Source: Eledone cirrhosa
Lineage: Eukaryota
Assembly: GCA_964016885.1 (NCBI GenBank)
Contig: OZ024741.1
Location: forward strand, 47,120,001-47,184,000
DNA length: 64,000 bases
Reading direction: 5' to 3'
Of this stretch, positions 39,044 through 55,498 are shown piece by piece. Numbering within the stretch: the first letter of the stretch is position 1; every line of letters begins with the position of its first letter. Below the pieces are notes generated by a model. The model was not told where the DNA came from. It ran no database searches and was given only the letters and a program-made list of their open reading frames with translations. The position numbers and the translations under genes are program-made.

Positions 39044-39596
39044 ACATTTAAATAAATTCAAGGTGAAAGACGAATTCTCAACAATATCTTCTACTATTGC
39101 ATTCTCTTTTCTATGTCCATACCTGCATTGTTTTGGCCTTATTACACATATTCAAACGTTTATACCTCATTACACAATGCTTCAAGTGAACTATAACCTC
39201 CTCCTTTCATTACGCCTGAGCCAGGCCCAGTTCACAACTGTAAAGAAACTCTTCCAGCTATGTGAAAAGCGCGCCAAAGCCGGCTGCCAAATAAACTTCC
39301 TAAAACGATGCCTGAATAACAACATCATCCCCAAAACCATCAAAAATTTACACCTACCAACATGCTTCAAATCACCAGGCCTCAAATGATCACTCAGTTA
39401 CATACAAAAATTCTGCCTAAGAAAACTCATACAACACCTACACCGCACGCTACAACATCACATACGGACTATTTCCAGCCTTGTACCACAACTCGTTGAA
39501 ACCCCAGAACCTCTGTCCAGGGTCATCTCCGCCACTATAGACAGGTCATACCACCACCGCCGAGACTACGAGAAAATACGTCTAACGCAAAAATTT

Positions 39597-41438
<1,842 letters not shown>

Positions 41439-41476
41439 ATAATATAAGATCAAAAGATGGTTAAAGGAGTTCCATG

Positions 41477-41547
41477 TATTTTATTATGCGCATTTCAAAA
41501 ACAAACATCATCCTGCAATAATATTTGTGTTTTCATCAGATAAAACA
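41477..41547 (-). ncRNA. Type I hammerhead ribozyme (mirror copy in the left arm)
   Basis: Reverse complement of 41666-41736; TCATCAG at 41533-41539. Confidence 0.85.
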
Positions 41548-41665
41548 GGAGAACATGATATGAAGGCTAAAAAACACTTGTGGATAGTGCAGTTTTAAAT
41601 CAACATATGTTGATTTAAAACTGCACTATCCACAAGTGTTTTTTAGCCTTCATATCATGTTCTCC

Positions 41666-41736
41666 TGTTTTATCTGATGAAAACACAAATATTATTGCAG
41701 GATTATGTTTGTTTTTGAAATGCGCATAATAAAATA
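41666..41736 (+). ncRNA. Type I hammerhead ribozyme, canonical core
   Basis: TGTTTTAT-CTGATGA-AAACACAAATAT...ATGTTTGTTTTT-GAA ATGCGCAT A-ATAAAATA. It has an 8-bp stem I, an ~11/12-bp stem II and a palindromic stem III. The predicted cut is after AUA at 41728. Confidence 0.85.
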
Positions 41737-41847
41737 CATGGAACTCCTTTAACCATCTTTTGATCTTATATTATGTATACTCCAGTCCGACAAACTGTAA
41801 TCCGATATCTGCATTGCTTTATTGTACTACAATAAAACTCACCTCCT

Positions 41848-41902
41848 ACATATATATACATATATATATATATACATTATATATATATACATATATATAT
41901 AC

Positions 41903-41955
<53 letters not shown>

Positions 41956-41966
41956 CATATATATAC

Positions 41967-42059
<93 letters not shown>

Positions 42060-42064
42060 CATAT

Positions 42065-42113
<49 letters not shown>

Positions 42114-42130
42114 CATATATACATATATAC

Positions 42131-42181
<51 letters not shown>

Positions 42182-42224
42182 CATACATATATATATATAC
42201 ATACATATATATATATATACATAC

Positions 42225-42275
<51 letters not shown>

Positions 42276-42294
42276 CATACATATATAAATATAT

Positions 42295-42347
<53 letters not shown>

Positions 42348-42353
42348 CACATA

Positions 42354-42391
<38 letters not shown>

Positions 42392-42404
42392 CATATATAT
42401 ATAC

Positions 42405-42435
<31 letters not shown>

Positions 42436-42876
42436 AGTTGTAATAAAATGAAAACGAAATTTCATTTCTCACTCTTAGTACGGCACTTAATATATGTATG
42501 TATATATATATTTATATATGTATGTATATGTATATATATATGTATATATATATGTATATATGTATGTATATATATATATGTATATATATATATGTATATA
42601 TATATGTATGTATATATATATTTATATATGTATGTATGTATATATATATTTATATATGTATGTATGTATATATATATGTATATATATATATATGTATATG
42701 TATATATATATGTATATATATATTTATATATGTATGTATATATATATTTATATGTATGTATATATATATGTATATATATATATATATATATGTATGTATA
42801 TATATATATATATATGTATGTATATATGTATATATATATGTATGTATATATGTATATATATATGTATATATATATG

Positions 42877-42935
<59 letters not shown>

Positions 42936-43022
42936 TTATATATATATGTATATATATATATGTATGTATGTATATATATATATGTATATATATATGTATG
43001 TATATATATATATATGTATGTA
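41848..43022. repeat. Microsatellite that switches from C-on-plus to G-on-plus at a partial copy (42436-42490) of the 100-bp repeat
   Basis: Directly visible. Confidence 0.9.
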
Positions 43023-43574
43023 TCTCAATATAACATGGCTAAAATTCAAATTTTGCAAAAAGAAAACGGTCAAATGAACTACATACATCTCACTGTCCCC
43101 ACCACCACAATAACGTCTACACTCTCTCCCCACCATCACATGTCATTACCATACCATACCCTATCTAGACTAAAGTCATGGACTTGTTGTCAAACTCTCT
43201 ACTCTCTGTTGAATGTGTGTATATATATATATATGTGTGTGTATGTATATGTGTGTATATACATCACTCAGTCAAACGACCAGATTTCAACCCCAACATC
43301 TACAACAACAACAACAACACCGGCACTAATGTTTACAGCAACAACAGCTTCAGAATGAACTGAAATGAACATTTACAACAACAACAACAACAGCGGCATC
43401 GAAACATATAAAAAGGAAGGGAAAAGAAAAGAAAAGGAAAGGAAAAGAGAAAAAAAAAAAAAATCAAAATAACAAAACACACACACACAACACTACAACA
43501 ACATCAACTGCCACCACCACCACCACCGCCGCCATCACCAGCGACCTGGCCTTAAGAAAACAACTTTAATAATA

Positions 43575-43726
43575 ATTTTTCTGCTTTTGGCACGGATCCA
43601 GCGACTGGCCCAGCGCATCACTGGTACTCTCTTTTGTTGACTCCGTGGGGATGAAGGGCAAGGTTGATCTCGGCGGGATTTGAGCTCAGAGCGTGGGGAG
43701 CCATAACTCTATGCTGTAAAGCAATT
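43575..43726 (-). mobile_element. Degenerate tRNA-derived SINE resembling the abundant octopod SINE
   Basis: CTGGTACT...GATGAAGGGCAAGGTTGATCTCGGCGGGATTTGAGCTCAG matches my recollection of the Octopus SINE consensus. B-box-like GCTCAAATCCC on the minus strand. Confidence 0.6.
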
Positions 43727-43824
43727 ATAGTAATACTGGACTGTAATACGATCGGCTTCAACTATACAAACTCTTGAAAGTCAACAGTTGACATAATCTT
43801 GTAATCTTGTATCAGTAATGACGG

Positions 43825-43871
<47 letters not shown>

Positions 43872-43989
43872 CGTGTAAGTGAGTAGAGTAGCGTGTGTAT
43901 CTGTTTGTTTGTATGTATGTGTTGCAGTGTGTGTGTATGTCGTACGTATAAGTGTCAATAAGTGAGTTTTTTTTTTTTTTTTTTTTTTG

Positions 43990-46826
43990 CGCGGGGACAT
44001 AGAAATAATCGGCCTGGATGCCCGATCGCGCAGTTAAACCACTGGGAGTGAAGAACCCCTAGCCCTTGTCAGGGCATTCTTCTAGGAGAAGGCATCTCAG
44101 GAAACTGGGTTAACTCCGATATAAAACCTGCGGCTCAGTAGTTACCGATGATGTTGATCTTTTCTTCTTTTAGGGTTATAGCTACTGTCGCTCAGAGTGG
44201 GATTGGCTCAGTGCACAGTCTTTCCTCACTTTAAAAATATTCGTCACGCACAGGCATTGCACGGGTGCATTAATAATTATTAATAGTGTACTACTATTAT
44301 TATTATTATTATTACTTTTTTTTTTTTTTTTCCAATTCAATGATGTTCCAGAACAATGTAAAAGAGATAATTGGCAATTTAGGTTCTGGAACAAAAAAGA
44401 TCATTGGCAATAAGGGCAGGGGCCCCAAGTTATCACAGCCTGGGCCCGCTCGTCATCGTGCCATTGTAATAGAGCCAAACAAGGCATTTAGTCTTGGCTG
44501 CTGGAACGTACGGACGTAGCTTGATAGGGATTCCTTGGAGCATCCTGAACGAAGGACCGCTCTTGTTGCAAAGGAGCTTCCACGTTACGATCTTGACATC
44601 GTGGCTTTATCTGAGACGAGGTTAGCTGGAGATGGTCATCTTACGGAATTTTGTGGAGAATATACATTCTTCTGGAAAGGAAGAGATGAGGGAACCAGAA
44701 GAGAGGTTGGGGTAGGATTTGCTCTTAAGACTGTACTTGTGAATAAATTAGAAGAATTCCCAGTAGGGATTAGTGAGCGTCTTATGTCCATGAGAGTTCC
44801 GCTGGACAAAGGAAGATATGCTACCCTGGTGAGTGTGTATGCTCCAACTATGAATTCTGTCGATGAAGAAAAACTGTCCTTTTACCATGCCTTGAAAGGT
44901 GTTCTAAGAAATATCCCTCAGGCAGACAAAGTCATCGTGCTTGGTGACTTTAATGCTAGAGTGGGTAGGGATTTTAACACATGGAATGTAATCGGAAGGC
45001 ATGGGGTGGGAAAGTGTAACAGCAATGGTATGCTCCTGCTGCAGATGTGTGAGGAGCTGGATCTGTGTGTTACCAACACCATGTTCCAACGAAAGAACAA
45101 ATTCAAGACCACATGGATGCATCCTGCATCTAAGGAATGGCATCTTTTGGACTACGTCCTAGTCAGGATGCGTGACAGACAGGATGTGCAGTGTGTTCGT
45201 GTTCTTCGTGGGAGCTGAGTGCTGGACGGACCACCGCCTGGTACGCGCAAAAGTGAAACTAATCACCAAACGTAAAATCCGGGCTCCTGGTGTTACCCTG
45301 CCCAAAAGATTGAATGCTGCTCGTCTTAAGGATAAAAATGTGAAGAGGACATTGGAAGAAGAGATGCAGGCTGCAGATCTTGGTGAGGATTGGCCGACCC
45401 TTAAAAAGTCGGTTTATGATGTAGGCAGGCGTATTCTGGGATTGGTGCAGAGAAAACATCAGGACTGGTTTAATGAGAATGATGTACATATAGAAGACTT
45501 GTTGGCTGATAAGAGGCGTGCTCTGTCACGCTACTTGAGGGCAAAACCAAAGGAGAGGAATACGTTGCATGAGGAGCTCAGGGATGTAAAATCACGTGTT
45601 AGGCGGAGTCTTTCTCAGATGAAGTATCAGTGGTGGAGTGAGAAGGCTGGTGAGATACAAACTGCGTCTGATTCCAATAACACAAAGCTGTTGTACAGTC
45701 TCTTGCGTGAGGTTTATGGACCGTCTTCTTCTCTGGTGACACCGCTTCGCAGCAAGGATGGCAAAGAACTTCTTCGTGACTCACAGGGAATTCTACGAAG
45801 GTGGCGAGAGCACTTTGATGATCTTTTGAATCAGCCGTCTGTCGTCAGTGAAGATTTCCTCAATCTCATTCCAGAAAGTCCTGTAAAAGTAGCTCTCGCA
45901 GAACCTCCGACGCTTGTGGAGGTTGCAGTGGCTATTTCGAAGCTGAACAGTGGAAGATCTCCAGGTATGGATGGCATACATGCTGAGCTCCTACAATATG
46001 GTGGTGAGAGACTCCTGCAACATCTGCACTCTTTGATTGGAAGGATATGGGCTAATGAATCCGTACCTGAGGACTGGAGAGATGCAGTAATGGTGGTCTT
46101 GTACAAGGGAAAGGGTAACAGGAATGATTGTGGGAACTACAGAGGTATATCATTGCTTTCTGTCGTAGGGAAAGTTTTATGTAGGGTGCTTCTGGACCGT
46201 CTGCTGACACACATTGCAGATTGTGTTCTTCCTGAAAGTCAATCTGGTTTTCGTGCTGGACGCGGCACTACTGATATGATCTTCTCAGCTAGACAGCTCC
46301 AGGAGAAGTGCATGGAACAAGGCTTGGATCTGTATCAGGTTTTTGTCGATCTGACAAAAGCTTTCGATACTGTTAACAGAGATGCATTATGGAAGGTTCT
46401 CCAGAAACTTGGTTGCCCTGGTAAGTTCCTTGCTTTAGTTAGGTCTTTCCATGACGACATGAAGGCTTGGGTCAATGCCGGAGGTAACATGTCGGAGCCT
46501 ATCTCAGTAAAAAATGGAGTGAAACGGGGGGATATTCCAGCACCGACCCTGTTTGCCATATACTTTGCAATGGTTTTCTGTATTGCATTCAGGAATTGCG
46601 AGCATGGTGTTTACATCCGATATCGAACCTCAGACAGCATATTTAACATCAGGCGCTTTTCTGCAAAGACAAAAGTATTTACATGAATCATAAGAGACCT
46701 CTTGTATGCAGATGATTGCGATCTTGTAGCGCACACAGAGAGTAATATGCAGCACATTTTGAATGCATTTTCTGACGCTTGCACTGCCCTAGGATTGACC
46801 GTCAGTCTCAAGAAAACCGTTGTCAT
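43990..46826 (+). mobile_element. RTE (BovB-like) LINE: 5' UTR, APE endonuclease and RT; 3'-truncated and decayed
   Basis: WNVRT, DIVALSETR, SVYAPT, LGDFNARVG, LLDYVLV, TDH; NYRGISLLS, FVDLTKAFD, LYADD. Stops at 44517 and 46684, frameshift at ~45213. Confidence 0.93.
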
Positions 46827-46916
46827 ATATGTATGTATGTATATATATATACATATATATATGCATACATATATATATATACATACATATCTACATACAT
46901 ATATATATATACATAC

Positions 46917-46948
<32 letters not shown>

Positions 46949-47076
46949 GCATATATAGTTTTGTCGGCATAATAATCTGTATGGAATAGAAAAGGACATT
47001 TATATGCATATATATATATATACATACATATATACATACATATATATATACATATATATATACATACATATATACA

Positions 47077-47108
<32 letters not shown>

Positions 47109-47186
47109 CATACATACATATACATACATACATACATACATACATATACATACATACATATATACATACATACATACATACATACA

Positions 47187-47690
47187 TGGTGGCTGCCAAC
47201 TCGTTTTCGAGTACGGCCACTACCTTATATCCATGTAGGAGAACCCCTACGGATGCGCTGAACGAGTGTGGTTTTTAGTCCAGCCAGCGACTTGAAAACT
47301 CTGGTACAAACACTACACTTGTGACAATTATTGACACATAGTGCTGGACCCATGGTACCATGTGACGACAAGTGCAGAGAGATCTCCAGATATAAAGCAA
47401 TGCCTGTGCCGTGAAGCTTTTATAGTGAGCAAAGGCACTGCACAAAGCCAGTCCCACTCTCTTAACCAAGATGATATTTACCAAAAAGAAGAACAAGTCA
47501 ACATCATTGGATACCATCAGGGTTGCAGGTGTTATATCAGTTTTCCTTCTCCTAGAATTCTGCCTTGACAAAGGCTAAGGGGTCATCTCTCCCAGTGATT
47601 TTGGATGGCCATTGACTCTTAAGAGCTCCTTTGCCCTTTGACAGGTTTTGTTTTTAGTCCTGCAGGATGTCCTTTCCACCCCCCCTGTCT
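47187..47690 (-). mobile_element. Short non-autonomous RTE-derived element, copy 3 (longest)
   Basis: Same 3' end and tail as copies 1-2, and extends further 5'. The 5' boundary is approximate. Confidence 0.75.
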
Positions 47691-47738
47691 AAATAAAATA
47701 TTTTTCCCAATATCACACATCAATCTAAGACTACTTCT

Positions 47739-47906
47739 CATATGTTGATTTAAAACTGCACTATCCACAAGTGTTTTTTAGCCTTCATATCATGTCCTCC
47801 TGTTTTATCTGATGAAAACACAAATATTATTGCATGATGATGTTTGTTTTTGAAATGCGCATAATAAAATACATGGAACTCCTTTAACCATCTTTTGATC
47901 TTATAT
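47739..47906 (+). mobile_element. Single-arm copy of the palindrome module with HHR at 47801-47871
   Basis: Matches 41604-41771; CTGATGA at 47809-47815, GAAA at 47852-47855; 3' end runs into (TA)n. Confidence 0.85.
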
Positions 47907-48846
47907 ATTATATACATACATATATATATACATATATATATATACATATATATATACATATATATATATATACAGATATATATACAGATATATATATACA
48001 GATATATATATACAGATATATATACATATATATATATACAGGTATATACATATACATATATATACAGATATATACATATACATATATATACAGATATATA
48101 TACATATACATATATATACAGATATATACATATACATATATATACAGATATATACATATACATATATATACATATATATATACATATACATATATATACA
48201 TATACATATATATACATATACATATATACATATACATATATATATACATATATATATACATATATATATACATATATATATACATATATATATATACATA
48301 TATATACATATATATATATACATATATATACATATATATACATATACATATATATATATACATATATATATATACATATACATATATATATCTACATATA
48401 TATATATACATATTTCTACATATATATATATACATATATCTACATATATATATATACATATATCTACATATATATATATACATATATCTACATATATATA
48501 TATACATATACATATATATATATACATATACATATATATACATATATATATATATATATACATATATATACATATATATATATATATACATATATATACA
48601 TATATATACATATATATACATATATATATATATATACATATATATACATATATATATATATATACATATATATACATATATATACATATATATACATATA
48701 TATATATATATACATATATATACATATATATACATATATATATATATATACATATATATACATATACATATATATATACATATATATATATATATACATA
48801 TATATACATATATATACATATATATATATATATACATATATATACA

Positions 48847-48897
<51 letters not shown>

Positions 48898-49067
48898 ATA
48901 TATACATATACATATATATATACATATATATACACATATATATATACATATATATATACATATATATATATATACATATATACATATACATACATATACA
49001 TATATATATATACATATATATACATATATACATATACATACATATATATATACATATATATATATAT
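47907..49067. repeat. Mosaic (TA)n microsatellite with CAGA/TCTA variants
   Basis: Directly visible. Confidence 0.95.
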
Positions 49068-50856
49068 CCAACGGCCACCCTCTCTCGGTCCGGCATGCCT
49101 TCCGCTGCACCTCCTCCAACCTAGTCTACGGACTTCGTTGCACGAGGTGCAGCGCGACTTATGTCGGACAGACGGGACGTCGCCTGGCGGACCGAGTCAC
49201 GGAGCACCTCCGGGATATTCGTCTCGGGGGCAGTTCCCCCATCACCCGCCACTTTGGTGGCCCTGGACACTCCGCACGCCATCTCACCGTCTGTGGCCTA
49301 CTCCAGTGCCACGGAACACCCGCCCATCGCCTTATGGTCGAACAACGCACTATCTTCATCTTACAGACCCACACTACCCCCGGCCTGAACTCCCCACCCT
49401 TATTCCTTTAGCGTTCGACCGCCCCCCTCCCCCCACACTTATCCCCCACTAACACCACTAACACACCCCTCCTTTTCACCGCCCACCCCCACACTAACAA
49501 TACTAACACCTCCACTCCACCCCTCATCTGACCACCCTTCCCCAACTAACATCCCTTCCCTCCCCTCCTCCTCCCCCCTCCTTATCACACGCACACACGC
49601 ACCCACTTACACCACCCACCCCACACGCAACTAACATCACTAACACCCTCCAACCCCACGCACACGTACCCACACACCCTCGTACACCACCAACTCTACA
49701 CACACTACCCCCACTCACACCTGCATTCCACCCCTCCCCACCTCCCGTATACTAACACCCACTAACACCTCTTCACCATACTACACACACACCAGTACAC
49801 CACACTCCCTCCATAGAACCACACACACCCTTCTCTCCCCGCTCCACACTCACTCATCCCACTAACACCCCTACTAATACACACACACACACACACACAC
49901 CCTCCTCACTCCAACTCTCACACCTACCCATCCTCGCCTCCCTACCATTCCGCCGACTGCTACTATGCCCTTCCAACCACTGTCTCAGCACCAACTGACC
50001 ACAGCACTTCCACTGCTGACCACTTCCTGTTGCACGCGCACCCCACATCTCTCCTCTTCCGACCACCGCTTCTTGGATTACCCACACGCGTTATTGACTT
50101 CTAACCAAAATCTCCAAACATCCGTGTAACTTACCAACTTTTCAACCATCCTCTAACACCATCACCTATATAACTCACCCACACACACCCCCAAAAAATT
50201 TTTTTTATACACACGCCACCCACACCCACAACACGCTTAAACCACACACACGTGCTTCCCACCACATATTTACACCCTCAGCCTCCTGATTCCTCTCCCC
50301 CCACCCCCCTATCCACAGACGCACAGACCCTCCGACCCACAAAAACACCCCCCACACACACCTTCCTGAACATGCAACCCCGTTCTTCCCCCAACCCTCA
50401 CTTTCACATACACACACGCCTAACCACACACACCACCTTCAGCCCTCCCCGCTCGGACACCCCGTCTCCCTCTCCCCACTCCACCCGCCACCACCCCTAC
50501 TCAACCCACACCCTTCCACCACCTGTTTACCCCCCTTTTAATTTCAGTTTATTTTGATCATGCCTTTATTTTTAAATGTTCTCATTCCTTGTATTTTGAT
50601 CATGCTTTATTTTTATTTATTATTTATTATATTTTTGTCTTTATTTGTTAATTTTTCATTCGCACCGTTTCCTTTCGCTATATGTCTCTCCACCACTCCC
50701 CTACACACCTTCTGAACTCTGTTCCCACACACTTCTCACCTGAAAGGTTTATGCCCGAAACGTCGTCCCCCACCTACACCCCACTCTCCTGAGCGTGAAT
50801 TTAATAAACATTTATCGTACTGCCTCTCTGTTCTGTCCCTGTTCAATTTTTCATTA
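49068..50856 (+). mobile_element. 5'-truncated Neptune-like PLE: GIY-YIG (49070-49411), C-rich UTR, pLTR with damaged HHR (~50738-50766)
   Basis: An unlisted frame reads [36 protein letters not shown]...[17 protein letters not shown]. The HHR core has a small deletion relative to 40126. Confidence 0.85.
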
Positions 50857-54550
<3,694 letters not shown>

Positions 54551-54571
54551 GTGTAGTGTTCAGTGTTCGCA

Positions 54572-54646
54572 TTTGCTAACTGAGGATCCTGTGAATTGAT
54601 ACTGCACATATAAGTGGTGAAACGAAGCTAGATTCGTATCAGCAAA
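54572..54646 (+). ncRNA. Type I hammerhead ribozyme with full stem III
   Basis: TTTGCTAA-CTGAGGA-TCC TGTG..CACA..GGT-GAA ACGAA gctaga TTCGT A-TCAGCAAA. The predicted cut is after GUA at 54638. Confidence 0.78.
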
Positions 54647-54944
54647 ATATAGTTATAAGGTTTCTGAATTGGTTTTTTCTATTTAATTGCTAACCTGTAG
54701 ATATTGTTCCCGACACAGTAACGGTAAAATAACTTGTAATAATTCTTTATACACATCTCACTGTGTAACACACTTCTCTTTGTGTAATATATACTTACAT
54801 ATATATATATACATATATATATATATACATATATATACATATAAAAGTGGATGAATACCTCAACAGGTACAATGTACTTGTAGAAATATGCAATTTGTTT
54901 ATAATATTTGTGGTTCAATGGTACTAATTCGAGATGCCAGAACA

Positions 54945-55403
54945 ATATAAAAAGTAGTGAAGCAAGCGGTTATCAAACAATTCTCTAAATAAATTAAAAA
55001 ACGATTTAAATAATCACCTGTTCCAATGCTGTTACCGAAGGTTTCATCATTATAATTTTTCTCCTTATGTAGAGAACAAAACGTTGAATAATGCTGCTAA
55101 TTTTAGTGGCAATATCAACATGTTTATAATATACAGCTATTATCAGCGACCTGATTTTGCATGTGTGTCATTTTAACGGCTTGACCGCATGCGTTGGGCA
55201 GGAAGCGAAATATTTACTTACTATAGGGTTTGCAACCAGGCTGTCTGAAGATTCATTTCTTTCCATTGGAAATTCTCTGGATTTCCAATCTTTTGGAATG
55301 ATGAAACCGTCGGTAACAGCATTGGAACTGGTGATTATTTAAATCATTTTTTAATTTATTTAGAGAATTGTTTGATAACCGCTTGCTTCGCTACTTTTTA
55401 TAT
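54945..55403 (+). mobile_element. HHR module with ~107-bp inverted repeats (54945-55051 / 55297-55403)
   Basis: The arms are reverse complements with a few mismatches. The left arm is a 5'-truncated inverted copy of the 3' end. Confidence 0.8.
55240..55320 (+). ncRNA. Type I hammerhead ribozyme with long stem II
   Basis: GCTGT-CTGAAGA-T TCATT..ATTGGAAAT/ATTTCCAAT..AATGA T-GAA ACCG t CGGT A-ACAGC. The predicted cut is after GUA at 55315. Confidence 0.82.
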
Positions 55404-55409
55404 ATACAT

Positions 55410-55457
55410 ATCATCATCATCATCATCAGGTTTAGCGTCCGTGTTCCACGCTTGCAT
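55410..55457 (-). mobile_element. RTE 3' tail stub
   Basis: Reverse complement of 52720-52761 and of the tails at ~58080 and ~59640, with (GAT)n. Confidence 0.75.
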
Positions 55458-55463
55458 ATATAC

Positions 55464-55498
<35 letters not shown>

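Larger units (their letters stand above)
35348..39596 (+). mobile_element. Full-length Penelope-like element with ~1.1-kb direct repeats (pLTRs 35348-36453 and 38452-39596)
   Basis: The direct repeats span the GIY-YIG end, UTR, HHR and ORF start. The 3' end joins microsatellite. Confidence 0.95.
41439..41774. repeat. 336-bp near-perfect palindrome (centre 41606/41607, no spacer)
   Basis: The arms are reverse complements about CAACAT|ATGTTG; one mismatch was seen. Confidence 0.95.
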
